From Chrysomallon squamiferum (Eukaryota; Animalia; Mollusca), in contig CM022666.1 in the NCBI GenBank assembly GCA_012295275.1, forward strand, positions 1,178,001 through 1,242,000: 64,000 nucleotides of DNA, read 5' to 3'. Made by a program: the position numbers and the translations under genes. This document shows, in pieces, positions 25,672 through 40,264 of this stretch (the first letter of the stretch is position 1; every line of letters begins with the position of its first letter). Under the pieces are notes generated by a model that saw nothing but the letters and a program-made list of their open reading frames with translations, was not told the origin of the DNA and did not search any database.

Positions 25672-28600
25672 TTACTTAGTGTTAACCAGACAGCTACGTT
25701 TGTTTAGGTATTTAGGTATTTTTTTTTATTTAAGAAAAATATATTTTTTAATTAACAGAATTTTTGAGTTATGTGAAAGATAATTTTTTTTTTTTTTCTT
25801 CTTTTTTTTAGTTACTATTTCTGTAGCATCAAATCCAGTTGTGACTCTGAATTCTGTGCAGGCAACAACCACTACAGCATCAGCATCTATTCCTATAGGT
25901 AAGTCAATGTTAAGATTAGCTAGAATATATAAAAATGCATGTAAGTAAATAAACTGAATCGGTAAAATAAATATAAGTGTTAGCTCAAATATTTTCATGT
26001 ATAGAAATAAATTCATGTTCCAATAACAAATTTTACTGGAATAAATAATGTTATAATCATGTGTATTGCTCTATTGATCTACAAGCTACATTAGTAGTTT
26101 TATATTTCTGTAGTATTACAGCATATAATTAGTAAATTTTTAAAGACGAATGAACATAAATGCTATTTAAAATGTAGAAGGCCAGCTTCTTGGATGGCTG
26201 TACAAAACTAACATTTTCTTTCTGTTTTGTGTTAAATCCTCTAAATCTCTGAATTAATAAAAAAAAATATTATTATTATTAATATGCTTTTATTACTGTC
26301 ATTAGTTTTAAACCAGTTCCGATAGAAGATATTTTATTTAAATGTTAAATAAATTTATGAGTAATTAATTTGTTTTACTGTTTATAGCGAAGGTAACCCC
26401 CCTGACCCACTCATCAGCACATATCCAGCAGACGGCAGTCTCTGAGGTCATTCGACCCGAGGTCACCCACGCATCCACAGGCAGCAGCATTTTCATCTCT
26501 CAGTCACACCGGGCTGTTTCAACTGCTGCAACAACATCAATATCCATGGCAACATCCATTCCTTCACAGGATTCAAGGTATGTTATGAAAGTTTCGTTGA
26601 ATGAACTGATGAAATAAATGATGATATCCTCTAGAGACTGACTGGTTTAAGGTCATTCAGGAAATTGAAAGTTAGAAAAAACAAAAACTAAATAACACAG
26701 AGAAAAAACTCTTTTGTTTGGAGGTGAATCTGTACGAATGTAATGTAATTGTATTATTGTTATATTAGCTCTCGGGGAGATAAATTTTGCTTGTTTTGTT
26801 GTTTTAAAAAAAATTATTTTGATAATCAAATTAAAAACTATTCATTTTATTATTTTATTTTATTTTTGTATTGAGGTACTAAAATTATTATCTATCTCTG
26901 ACTATAGATCCAGTTACAATAGCAGTAACACAAACATACTCTACACACACTCAAAACTTTAATCATAACACATGTAAATTCCATCACTCAAACAGACTGA
27001 GAAAAGATACAGTAATGACAACATTTAACAAATAAGGAAAAGACAAAATAACTTTCTGTAAGTAAAACTTTCTTTTTTTTTCTTCCAGACCCAACCTACC
27101 CCAGCTGTCTCCATTTCTGCAACATCAGGATGGTACAGCTGGCATGTGGCCGTACTTTCCTGTGATCTATCCACAAGGGTCACTGCCGATGTCCTCCCAG
27201 GGTCCAGTCAGACCAGCGGTTAATACCCTCATCTTCCCACCCAGACATCAGACAGATCAGACAGGTATGTCACCTTTAGCTCCATTTAGACTGGGAAAAA
27301 AATATATATTGTCATGCCTTGTAATTTAATTTAGCATTTCTTTTCATGTCAGTGTTTGAGAAACAGTAGTATTCATGTCAGAGATCTTATCCTGAGTATT
27401 GATGTTATCCTGAATTAGCTGGGGTTTCTTAGAAATTACTTTGTACTGGTTGAGATTTTTAATTTTTTATTATTATTATTTTTTCAATCAGAGATTGTCT
27501 TGCAAACCTTTGTATTCCTGAAAATATGCCTGTTCCAGTTTATTGATAAACACTAAGAATATTCACAGCATGGCCTCATTATTCAAGAAATGTATTTCCC
27601 TTTCTCTTCTTGTTGTGATATTTTTTAAATTTTATTATTTGTTTTTTTGTTTTCTTATGTAGAATAATTACTTTCAGTTATAAAATGTGCAGCTTTTAAC
27701 TCTTGTTTCTCTTGTTACAGCACACACCATGACGATGGCGTCGGCAGTTAGATACGGAATCAGCAGTGCTATGGTTTCCATGGACCAGCTACGACAACCT
27801 CTGTCAGTGCATCCTTCATTCACACAGTCAGTGTCCAGCACAACCATTTCTGCTGACCCCAAGTCTTGTAAGATTCTTTTTTATCAGATATTATATAAAC
27901 AGTTTTGTATTTGTATTTATAGTTTATGTATCATTGCTGTGTGATATTTTCCTTTTTTAGAAATTATTGGGGAAAAAATCTTTTCACTGAAGTATGTTTA
28001 TCAGTATGATTTCTCAGTTTCTAACCATAATTGTTAGTGTATACAAAAATGTAATGTGTTTCTGTCAGTTTTACTAAAACTAAAAGTTACCATCAGGCCT
28101 GTTTTTTAATCTGTATATAAACATGTGTGTTTATATCATTATGGTCAGAATCAGAGTTTTATGAAATAGAGTTAATTTTGTCATTACTAGTAAGTGTGCA
28201 AAGATTTTCCATTTTATAAATGTTTTTTGTAAAACCATTTTTACCTAAAAGCATTTACAGCATCGGGAAAAGTTTAATTTCTCTACATACTCCACTTGAT
28301 AATTTTGACCAGCCACATACTGTGAAAAGGATTTGCTTTCTTCATGTTACGTTTTTCTGCACTGACATGTTTCAGCGATCTCCATGGCCTCATCCAATGT
28401 GTGCAAGACTCCGCCTCCAGCCAAAACACCACCCCCGGGCATCAGCGTCCATTCGTTCTCCACGGTGGCCAGCAACATTTACACCAGCCCCGCGGCCATC
28501 CACAATCAGCAGCCTGCTGCCTCGCCCAGTTCAAACCCTAGCGCATCACCAAGACCAAGCATTCTGAGAAAACGAACCAGTGAGGCGTAAGTACAAATCT

Positions 28601-29333
28601 ACATTCAACATTGAATTTTTTTATTTTTAATTCATTTTTGTTATTTACTTATATATATATTTTTTTATTTATATCTGTTTACTAGAATTTTTTTTTTATT
28701 ATTATTTGTTTACTTTAAATTTATTTTTATTTGATTTTTTTAAATTTGAATTTATTTATTTTTAAATTTATTTTTATTATTTATTTTAAATAGATTTTTA
28801 TTATTTGTTTATTTAAAAAATATATATATTATGTATGATTAAGAATATGGTTTGACAATTTATAATACATTACTAAAGAAACTGATTGTATCTGAATAAC
28901 ATAAATCTGAATGATACTGTAAAATCTGTACGTTTTAGATGATTCCACTGAGTTATCTCCCCTTATTTTTCTTCTTTTTAAAAAAAAAAATCGTTAGTTA
29001 TAAATTGTTTAATTTTTTAATCATTTTATTATTATTATTATTTTTATATATATAACATTTTGAATAGTTTGTCAGCTGTTCAGAACATACACACACAGTT
29101 AATCAGTATCTTTTTAACCAAAGTTTACCAAGTTCTTATAAACTGTTTCTCTATTCTTGGTTAAAAAAAAAAAAAAAAAAAAATTACAAAACAAACATTA
29201 TATTTTTAATAGTGAAAATTTCTAACAGACCACCTATCAACTGAATATTACTATTACTTTTTTTTTTTTTTTTTGTGTTCATTCATAAACACTTTATTTT
29301 ATAATCTGATAATTTAATAACCTGTTCATTCAT

Positions 29334-29380
<47 letters not shown>

Positions 29381-32300
29381 TTTTTTGTTTCACTTATGTC
29401 AGAGCTGGAGTGGTAAAGAGACCTCATGGTTTGATGCCAGATACAGCCAGTCACAGTCCAAAGTCTGAGGCTAAAACAGAACTGAAACCAGAACCAGCCT
29501 CTAACATCAGTTCTCCAAAAACACCTGCTGGGTAAGTGACTGAAACCACACCCCACCTCTGTTACAGTTAGTTACAACCTTAGTCTTGTAATCTGAGATG
29601 ATAAATATTCTCTGTCTTCATATATCAGCAACAACAAGCTTAGCCATACAGTACAGACTGTGCTTTTCTTTTAAGGGTGACAGCTAAATGAAAACACATT
29701 TAAATAACATTTTCCTTAATGATAAAGTGAACAGAATTAAATGGATGAAATAATTATATGTATGAAAGATCATTGATATTGGTTTTCCATTTTTCTAAAT
29801 GTTAAATAGTGAATTTTCTGTTTTGTTGTTTTTGGTGTGATTTTTTTATGTGTGTGTGTTTGTGTGTGTACACACATATATTTGCAAGTTGACTGAGAAT
29901 TCGTTAGAGATTAATGAATGGAATGTGTGTGGTGTGTTAATAATTTTGTAGTATTTTTGTGTATTTCAGAGACAACAGCAGATCATCCACTGACACTGCC
30001 CTGTCTTCTAATGATGCCACCACTCCAACCCAAACCAACCAGCCTGACGGAAAGTCTAAACAGGATGCACAAGATGGAGTTGAAAATGGTAAAATACTTC
30101 ACTGAAAGAAAAAAAAAAAAAATTATTTGTTGTTTAGTTATTATTTTGATTGCTGTTGTTGTTATTTTTGGGGTATTGTTATTATGATAATTGTTGGTTT
30201 TATTGTGGTTATTATTTATCACTTGGCTAAACTTGTTATTTTAACTTATTCCTTCGAAAAAGAAATTCATCTTTATATGGGTTTTTTATACCTAGAGAAA
30301 ATTTTATACTTTTATATGCCCAAATGTACACTCTGTGGGTAGCATGTGAGTAATATCCTGAACGGTTAATAACATTTTTCTGAGAAAATATTTTTGAAGG
30401 TGGAGAATTTTTTCTGGATTTCTTTTAGTTGTGTGCGTAATATATTTTCAGTCAACATTTTCAAAATGGAGAGAGAAGCAATAGAGATTCTGAAGAATTC
30501 ACTGTTACAGTAAAACTAATTATAAAAATGTGTGAATGGTTTGTTTTTCAGGCTTGTCGACTCTTGTTTTGGTTGCTGCGGCATCAGCAAACAACACATC
30601 AGGTACAGAGGCTTCACCCAGGAAGAAACCAAGAAAACAATTACTGTAAGAATGAGCTTACTTCAATTTGCTAAACTGGTTTAAATAACACTGATTTAAT
30701 TTGGAATGAATTGCTAAATGGTTTAAATAACATTGATTTAATTTGTTAATTTTGTCGCTTAAGAAAGTATTAAAATTACTTCATAGGTTTGACCATATTT
30801 ATTTGTCTTAAAGTCAGTTTGCATTTTCTGTAAATAAAAAAATGATACCATGGAAAGTGTAATAGGAAACACCAGATGCAGTTTCAAGATTTTAAATATT
30901 AAGAGTTATTTCCCTTATTGAAAAATGTGTAACAGTTGAAATTGTTTTTGTGACATCAGAACCATAACAATTATTTCGTTATATAAAGAAACAAGTTGTG
31001 TATATAATTAATCCTTGATTGCATTAAGTATTATAAGACTTTATAAATAATTGGTTTCTTAGAAATGCTACTGAGGAGTTGAAAGACAACACATCGACGG
31101 ATGAAGAAATGGACAGACTGACTGAACTTAGAAATGAAAGAGCGAGGGAAATTAAAAAAGGCATTAAAACAGGTGAGTAAAGGCATTTTGCATAAAACAA
31201 AATATATTACTGAAAACTAAAATAAAGATGTATGTTGTTTTTTGAATTTGATAACTTGATAACTTGAATACATTTTGAATTTTTCTAAATTTGTGTTTTA
31301 TTATAGACATCAATCTTTCCTGATAATAAAGTATGATAATATAACAAGCTCACAGATGAATAGAGTCAGACACATTACATCAGATGTTACTTAGAAATGT
31401 AAAAGAATATTTATACTGATGACTGTAATTGAATGTGTTGAAAATGTGGACAGTAAACTGAAGTTCAGCATGTTGTTGTTGTTGTTTTCAGAGTATGTTG
31501 ATGATGATGGTGTGAGATGGACCACAGAGAACACAAGGCCAAATATAAATCTTATGCAATTTTATAACCTCACCTGGAAACCCAGATATAATCACTTCTG
31601 TAGATATTCTGATGTCAAACCAAAAGGTTGGTTTTAATTCTGATTGTTTCTCTGTGTGTGTGTGTGTTTCTGTGCATCTGTATCTGCCTATATCTATATC
31701 TATATCTATATATGTGTATATATATATATATAAATATTCACTTTTTTGTAAACATTGTTGTTATTATGAATCTCAGTAAAATTTGAAATTAAAATGACTT
31801 TTCACAGAAGAGAGGCGGCCAACTGTGAATGAACTGTCCAATCAGCGAGGAATCCAGCAGAAAGCTAGCGGCTGGAAACTCTATCACATGGCTGCCCAGT
31901 TAGAGAACCTTGTGAGTGTTTCACTGAACATTTGATTAGATATTACATGCTACTTTGTGTGAGATTTTAAACTTTAATGAAAATATGAAATAATATGACT
32001 GTTGCTGCTTACTGTGGATCATTGTTATGATTTGATTGGAAGTTATATTATATTGTGTTCTTTCCATTAAACACAAATGACAACCTTTAACATTAAGACT
32101 GTAGAATTGCGTTTTCCTTAGAAAACAGATCAGTGAGAAACCTCATTTTCATTTTCAACATGTGATAAGTATACTTAGCACCTTTCTGCTTGAAATTCAG
32201 TATCAAAAGACAAATATACATAGAATCTATTTTTTCAAAAAACGTTTAGAAATATTTTGATCAGAATTTTAAATAGTTTCACAGTCATGTAATATGAAGA

Positions 32301-33763
32301 TGTAATCTGTGTATTTAAATGTGTGTGTTACAGATGGATTCAGAAAGGGAAATGTGTTCAAGGATAAGTCAGCTGAAAGAACTGCTTGCTCCCAGGCCTC
32401 AGATCAAACACAATTCTGTTGAGGATTATGATGGGGTTGTGCATGAACTTTCTCAGGTCAGTATCAGTTTTCTTTAAACTTTAACATTTACTTCCACAGC
32501 ACACATTTTACCAGATACCTTTTTTATATCACTTGGTATTAATAGTATATTTTTTGGTGGATGAAATGTCTTTTAATAGTTTTATATTTTCCTGGGATTT
32601 AGAGTTGTTTGGTAATAAAATCATTGTTAAATTGCCATATCATTAATGTATTCCGAACTTTTGTGAATCTCTATTTAATATTTAAATAAATTTTATTTTT
32701 ATAATTTTTGCAAGGTGTGGAATCATAAAAAATATAGTTAGACTATATGTATCATAACACATATTGATATTCAAGTTATTTGAAAGAAAACAAAATTATA
32801 ATGTTTTTTTTTTTTTCTATTTTACATTTAATTTAAAAATTATTTTTAAACAGAAACTTTTACTATTAAGAATAAAATTTACTTTTGTTAATAACTGAAA
32901 CTTGTCATTGTTCAGACTAATATTCAGTTTTGTCATTTGATAGGTGATCTGTTAAAAATTTTCACTGTTAAAAATGAAATTTACTTTGTTCAGGCTAACA
33001 TTCAGTGACATTTTCACTACTAAAATTGAAATTTACTTTGTTCAGACTAACATTCAGTGACATTTTCACTATAAAAAATAAAATTTACTTTGTTCAGACT
33101 AACATTCAGAGACATTTTCACTATTAAAAATAAAATTTACTTTGTTCAGACTAACATTCAGAGACATTTTCACTACTAAAAATGAAATTTACTTTGTTCA
33201 GGCTAACATTCAGTGACATTTTCACTATTAAAAATGAAATTTACTTTGTTCAGGCTAACATTCAGTGACATTTTCACTACTAAAAATGAAATTTACTTTG
33301 TTCAGACTAACATTCAGTGACATTTTCACTATTAACAATGAAATTTACTTTGTTCAGGCAAACATTCAGTGACACTTTTTCACTAACATTCAGTGAAAAC
33401 TAAAAATGAAATTTACTTTGTTCAGGCTAACATTCTGACAACTATTAAAATGAAATACTTTGTTCAGGCTAACATTCAGTGACATTTTCACTACTAACAA
33501 TGAAATTTACTTTGTTCAGGCTAAAATGACAACTATTAACAATGAAATTTACTTTGTTCAGGCTAACATTCAGTGACATTTTCACTACTAAAAATGAAAT
33601 TTACTTTGTTCAGGCTAACATTCAGCGGTGTCAGCTGATTGGGGATCAGCTGCAGGAGGCGAGGAGTTCCATGTTGAACATTCTCGAACACAAGCCTCGC
33701 ATTCAGGAGATCATCAACAAGCATGTCAGCAAGCGACCAATCAAAAAGAAGGAAAGAACGTAG
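23286..33763 (+). CDS. SAP130: Sin3A-associated protein 130 (histone deacetylase complex subunit SAP130), 18 coding exons
   Basis: Phase-consistent GT-AG exons: 23286-23450, 23786-23867, 24035-24313, 24774-25026, 25433-25629, 25812-25898, 26388-26577, 27089-27264, 27721-27867, 28376-28586, 29403-29531, 29970-30088, 30552-30645, 31063-31172, 31492-31626, 31808-31911, 32334-32456, 33614-33763. Diagnostic peptides: HLPRGA, IPIAKV, SPRPSILRK, ASPRKKPRKQ, WKPRYNHFCRYSDVKPKEE, GWKLYHMAAQL, QANIQRCQLIGDQLQEAR. Confidence 0.92.
30667..30745. repeat. Direct duplication of about 43 bp in a SAP130 intron, just after a donor
   Basis: TTGCTAAACTGGTTTAAATAACACTGATTTAATTTG / TTGCTAAATGGTTTAAATAACATTGATTTAATTTG. 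Confidence 0.8.
32905..33625 (+). repeat. 52-bp tandem repeat (12 decoy copies plus 1 degenerate) of the SAP130 terminal-exon acceptor and first 12 exon nt
   Basis: Unit (G/A)CTAACATTCAGTGACATTTTCACTACTAAAAATGAAATTTACTTTGTTCAG; AGs end at about 32915, 32993, 33045, 33097, 33149, 33201, 33253, 33305, 33357, 33425, 33467, 33519, 33561 and (true acceptor) 33613. Confidence 0.97.
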
Positions 33764-35071
33764 CACACAGTTGTAACATTATTTCTAAATCTCATAATCT
33801 TCATCAATATTCTTGTGACGTTAGTTCTATTAAAAACAGGTATGTTTTTAATCTTTTGAAATTTCAAACGTGTATTTGTGTAAACCAGGATTGTTGGTAA
33901 GGTGGAATTGTGTGGTGAAAGGGAATGACCATGAAGAAACATGTTTTCATGTGCTGTTGTTCTTATTTAAGCTTATTTAAAGTCGGTTGGAACATTGTAG
34001 ACACCAGAACTTGCAAAAGAGAACCAAATTTTAAACTGTTCAGTGACACTGAAAAAGAACTTTTTTTATATTTTATTATTTATTATTATAATTTATATTG
34101 TTCTATTTTATTTATATTTTTAAAAATGTTTTTGTTGTTGTTTTTATGTGTGTGTGAACTGTTTTCTAGTTACTTTTGTACAAGTGTACAAATTGTAAAA
34201 CAAATTTAAACTTATTTTGTGTTTATGAAATGTAGATTCCTTTTCAACTTGTTATATTCAATTATGTGAAGAAATTTCAGAAAAAATTGTTTATTTTAGT
34301 TATACATAAGATTACTACATCCTTTCTCCTTCTTCTTCTTCTTTAATTTTCTCTCTTTTCTTTTTTAACCCTGCATTATTTTCTTAAAGAATATTATCAT
34401 TTTATTTATGTACATGGGCTCATAATGTATTTATGGTGGATTGTGATAAATGTAGGTCACATGACTCGTCTCAGCCTATCAGATCACAAGCTGGACTTGT
34501 TCTCCTTGTCTGTTTAAAATGGCATTTTCATTTGGTTTGAATTATTTATCTATCTCAGTAAAATATTTTTTGTATGTCAGAAACCATTTTAAGTGAGATA
34601 TCAAATGTTTAGAATCTTATCATTACCTCAGCTCCAGAAAATAACCACAGGTAAAGTTAAAAAAACAACACCAAAAAACACTTAAAAATAATATCAAGGA
34701 GATTTCCACAGCAGTTTACAATTAAAATTCTTGCTCTGCTACTTCTGCAGTATTGTTGATTACTTGGGAATTTGCTAGAACTGTACAAACATAACCTCCA
34801 AATAGATCTAAATATCATGTGGCAGAGGTCAATTTTTAACTTTCGAACCAAAGTTTTTTTGTTTTTTTTAAATTTCCTTTTATATTTGAAAATTTGATTA
34901 CTAGGATTATCTTAAACAGATTGAAAAAGAATAGTTTTATCTAGTCTGTACTTAAATCATGAATGCTTTTAAATTTATTAATGGATGTTTCAAAATGTAC
35001 CAGTTGACATAGGTTAGAAATTAAGAGAAAAACAATTTCTATTTTTATTATTATTTTTATTATTATTATTA

Positions 35072-35111
<40 letters not shown>

Positions 35112-38100
35112 TAAATGTGCAGATATAAATGCATATGGACAATCACATCTATAGAGACAGAGACCACAAAATAATGAATATAAATTTGTGATGTGAATTT
35201 GTATTATTTCATATCTAGAAAAATAAATGAAAAATACTTAGCATCACAGCAGACATAACAAGATTAAGGCAGCCCATTTTTGTATGTGTGAATTTGTGTG
35301 TTTGTATGTTTATATATATATATATATACATATTAAAATCAAAGAATGTTTTCTGTCAGCCTCTAGCTACCAGTCTAGCAACATCTATATCAGCCACAGA
35401 TACTAATTCTGTACCCAGAATGCACTTGTATTTATTATAATTAACCAGGAACAAGACTTGGGTCCTGATGCCACTCATTGTAATAAGTAAATGCCTGTGA
35501 AAAAAAAAAATAGCTGAATGGACCAAAACTTTACCTTTAAAACATTTCACAAAAAAAAAAAAAAAATAATAATAATAAAGCCTTTTCTCATTCTGAATGT
35601 AACATTGTGTTCCTGGATGGCTTAATTTGATTTAATTTATTTAATTTTTTATTTTTGTTACGTTAATGTTTATAATATTTTTACAATGCAATTATTATTT
35701 TTTTTATTAATACATTTTTTTTTTTTTTTTTATTTATATATATATTTTTTTTTTTGTCTGCTGTTAGTTGATGCGTCATCTTTATTATTTTTGTCTGTTT
35801 AAAGACAAAAGTTTCTTCAGAATCATCATGTCATTATTGAAATTAATGGATTTTTTAACTAAAACAGATACTATGGAAAAAAAAAAAAATTAATAAATTA
35901 AAAAAAAAAAAATTGAGACTCCCATTAGTGGAAAAGTTAATATGAGTTACTTATTTAAATCATTACTAATAAGTTATTGTTTTAGCTAGTATTAACAAGT
36001 AAGTCACACTGATTATAGTCAAAATTATCATCAGTAGACCAGTGATTTAAAATTTTCTTTGAAATAAAAAAAAAAATTACTGTTAGCAGAATATTCAAGT
36101 TAAGCTGACTTATATATGTTCAGTTATTATAATTTATACTTTCTTTTTCTTAATTCTAACTATCAGTAACAGTAAAATGAAACAATATATTCATTTAAAT
36201 TTTCAGAGAACATTGACATTACTGTTTTTTATTTGACTTTTCAGTCATCTTCAAGTTCTAAAGTTCTTGAGTCATGCAGTATAAAGAATGACATAGAACT
36301 TGATATCTCATATAAAATTAAAATATACTTAATAGTTTTATTAACATGTGATTTCACTAATAATTATATTTTATGTCATGGTACAGCTGACAGATTTGTC
36401 TAATTAGTTTTAGGCAAACATTTTTTATTTAAAATCAGGCTTCTGTCTGACAAGATACACGAACAGCTGTTTGTTACTATTAATTCACCTAATTTTAAAA
36501 GTGGAAAAATAATAAAATGAAATAAAATATTTGAGTATGTTTGATTAGAAGAAAAAAGAAATGGGTGGACATTAGAATTAAATATTAAATAAAACATCAT
36601 TTTAATTTCTAATTTATTATTACTATATTTCAGTAGTTGTAAAATATTTCATTACTTACTGTGTGTACTGAATGAGAATATAGTTTTTAAACAGTTATAA
36701 ACAAAAATGAATTAAGAATCTCAGACTGCTTTGAGATGTAATGTTTTACTGATATCATTTAAAACTGGGTGACAGAATGCACAACAAATACGATGTGAAA
36801 CATTATTTTAACACTAGTTTATTTTGTTGTTATTATTTTATCAAAAACCTATTTGTATATAAATAACCCACTCACTGATATAAATAGACCTTACTGTATT
36901 TTTTATTTGAATGGTGCACAACATTTTCATTGACCATTGCCTCATAATTTCACCTCTTTGTACATTATTCCATATATTTACTTCTGTACATTAAACTGTG
37001 TAAAATAAAACGTTTTATGTTGATGTACATGCAAACTGATCATGTTAAAACTGTACATAGTTTCTGCATGTACGTACATGAACCCTGTTACATTATGTGG
37101 CTGATAAGATAACATGGTTGTGGATTCCCTTCTTAGACGAACTGCTAGTTTCAAATATATAATCTCTTCTTTTTTTTTTTGGTAGAAGTTAGTAAGGTAC
37201 ATTCACACTCTGCAGTTTATTGTAACAGTCTCGTCAGTTAAAGTGAATCTTTGGTGGAAAAAAAAGAATGTTAAGTAGATATCCAGGTTACTGTTTTGTT
37301 ATGTATATATAATCATAGCTTGCTCATACAATATATTTATTACATTATTTATTATATTTCTATTATAATTATTTTTGTTATTATTATTTTAAAACTTCTA
37401 TGTACAAAGAGCAGTGCATACTCTTTTTATTTTTATACTTTATTTTTAGCAAAGATTTGTTACACAAAATTAAAACAATCATTTGGAAGTATACAATTCA
37501 GGCAGTTTATACCACCAGATATACATCTTTAAGTTTAAACTTAGAATAATATGTAAACAGTAAAATTTTGGTTCATTTTTTTTTTTGTATTTTATTCATT
37601 TTTTTTTTTTTCATACTAATTTTCTAACTATAAAAAGAATTTTTCTGTTTCAGTTTATTTCAAATCTCTATTATTTGATGTAACATCCTGCCATTGGTAA
37701 AAATCTAAAATCAGAAATGTTCAGATCAGTTGATATTATCACTTTTTAACAATTAATACTTTTAAAATGTGGTTAAATGTACCTTAAAAACAAATTATTA
37801 AAATTTCTGATTTACTAAGGAACTGTCAATTTTGTTTATAAATTTTTCTTTTTATCTAATACCAAGAATTATAAAATTATGTAAGTAATGAAGTTTGTAA
37901 TTAAAAATAAATCTTTCTTGAATTTATTTGATATTAAATGAATTCTATTAAAACATGTTAACTAAAGGATTTTGATAAAATACTTTTTTTGATTAATTTT
38001 ATTAATAAATAAACCATATATATATATATATATGTATTTTATGATTTTAAATATATTTGACAACAAACAGTTCCAAAAGGTGAAGTCCACTCTGTTAGTA

Positions 38101-38318
38101 GATTTTGAGTTTAAACTGTACATTAACTATGATCATTTTTTTTTATCAAAATATAAGACTTCTGTGCTGACAAATTAACAGACACCGTTAATGTAGTTTA
38201 CAGTATATACACAGATCATATACCTCTCTTCATTTATCTAAATGTGTGGTTAGAAGCAAACCATTTACCTGTTCATGTATATTTTCTGTATGAAAACAAA
38301 AATGTTTTGATGCAGTGC

Positions 38319-38474
38319 AATAAATTATTAGATTTCTCTATTCTTGTTTTGTTAAAATCATTGTGTCTTGTGCACTGTTATTTTGAATGATACACTGAGA
38401 AAAATAAATACTGTTAACTCCTTCTGTTATCTGTAGAAACAAATCAACAAAAAAATGTCTTAAAACCGTTTATT
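38319..38474. terminator. Candidate convergent polyadenylation signals of SAP130 (+) and arrestin (-)
   Basis: Plus-strand AATAAA at 38319 (GT-rich downstream) and 38403; minus-strand AATAAA at 38474-38469 followed by TTTTTTTGTTGATTTGTTT; the T/A strand skew flips here. Confidence 0.4.
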
Positions 38475-38889
38475 TGGTAGAAACCTTTAAATGACATTTA
38501 CAACAGACAAAGGTAGACCACATGAGATTCTTAATTTTGTTCCTGGCTTTTTTATCCATTAGAAAAAAAAACAAACAAAAAAACAAGCATTGTCCTTTTT
38601 ATCTTCTATAAATAATACCAGCAGAAACAAAACCTTTCACAAGACATCCTTATTTGCGACTGGATGCTTCCATTTTTCATCAGCTTCAAGACGATTACCA
38701 GGATTTTAAAACAAATTTCAAAAATTTTTGCACAGATTAATCAAGTTAAGGACAAAACACTGAACAAAACAATAAATAAAAAAATGCAGATTACAAATGT
38801 ATTTTCAGCATATATATATTTATAGAGACATGAAAACTATCCTTTTTTTTTTTTCCATTTGCAAAATATTAAATTCATGAGACCATTAA

Positions 38890-39125
38890 ACATTTTCACA
38901 TGAACATCCATGTTGTTTGTATAGCTTTTACATATTAACATCCAGATGTTTCTCTGGGTTACATATCAACATACAGATGCTTTAAACATTTACATCCAAA
39001 TGTTTCCAAAGCTTTAACATCAAGATGTTTTTTTATAACATGTTAATGTTCAAATTAACATCCAGATGTTTTCATAGTATTAACATCTAGATATATGAAA
39101 AACTATTCAAATGAACACCCAGGCT
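38890..39125. repeat. Degenerate short tandem repeat (AACATCCAGATGTTT core)
   Basis: About 7-8 decaying copies; the core is a near-palindrome AACATC...GATGTT. Confidence 0.6.
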
Positions 39126-39585
39126 AGAAGTTTTAACAGCTGTGTAAAAAATGAAGTCAAACTTGGCATTAAAGTTATGTCCAACATTTAGTCAAATCAG
39201 TTTTGTGTTTTAAACAAATATTAAAAGAAAAAAAAAAAATGACTAGAGCAATTTAGATGAGTACTTTTCAAAACAAAAATGTTATTAATTTTATCACAGC
39301 AAACACTATTTGTTGAAAGGAAATTCAAAAACTGTTAATAAACATATATATATATATTTAAAAAAAAAATTTAGTTTTAGTGTGGTTTAACCTCTTTTTC
39401 TTCATTTAACTATGTTTAAAATATATTTATTCATATGTATCAATAAATTAACATAATGCTAATATTGTGAAATACGTAGTTCTTGTTTGGCAGTTAAATA
39501 AATGAACTGAAAAATTTAAAAAAAATCCCTCAAAGCACTCTGGGCTCCTGCTGGTGAATTTAATATTTTCACTCTTATCAATACC

Positions 39586-39639
<54 letters not shown>

Positions 39640-40228
39640 GTCTCTACTCTTTATAAATATTTAACTACAGAAAATCCTTGATTAAATACTACAACCATTT
39701 TCACTGGATTACTTAAATGAAATATTCAGCAAAGCCATATTCACTGTACAAGAGAATTTGATGAACTATACACAAGTGATGTGAACTATAAGTATTAGTT
39801 AAGTTGGGGCACCAACATGGGGTAACTGATGTTTTAAGTTGTGATGTAGGGAAGTGGTTTGGTAAACACAAAAACATGATTTAACCAATATAACAAGTAT
39901 CAACAAGTAAAATAAATAATTTAAAAAAAATATATAAAAATTTTGATGTTATTAACAACTAAAAATGTGAATATTAGAAAAACAATAGTGCTCTGAGTAG
40001 TATAGTCTTCTGTTATTTTCTGTTAATGTCAGATGATTCGAACATTTTCAAACAGAATATATGAAAATATCACACCAACAAAACAAGTAAATGTTGTTTT
40101 GTTTTTTTTACTTTCTTTACCAAAAAATGTAAAATTTAAAAACAAAAATTAAAATCTTGATAATTTGCTCATATTTCCAATGCTTGCGTAGTATATTTTG
40201 TGTTTATGTCTGTGTGTGTGTGCATGTT

Positions 40229-40264
<36 letters not shown>

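Noticed and set aside
32905-33625. CRISPR-like array or repeated coding exons
   Set aside because: No spacers; the units hit a stop within a few codons and have no good donor, so they are not tandem exons.
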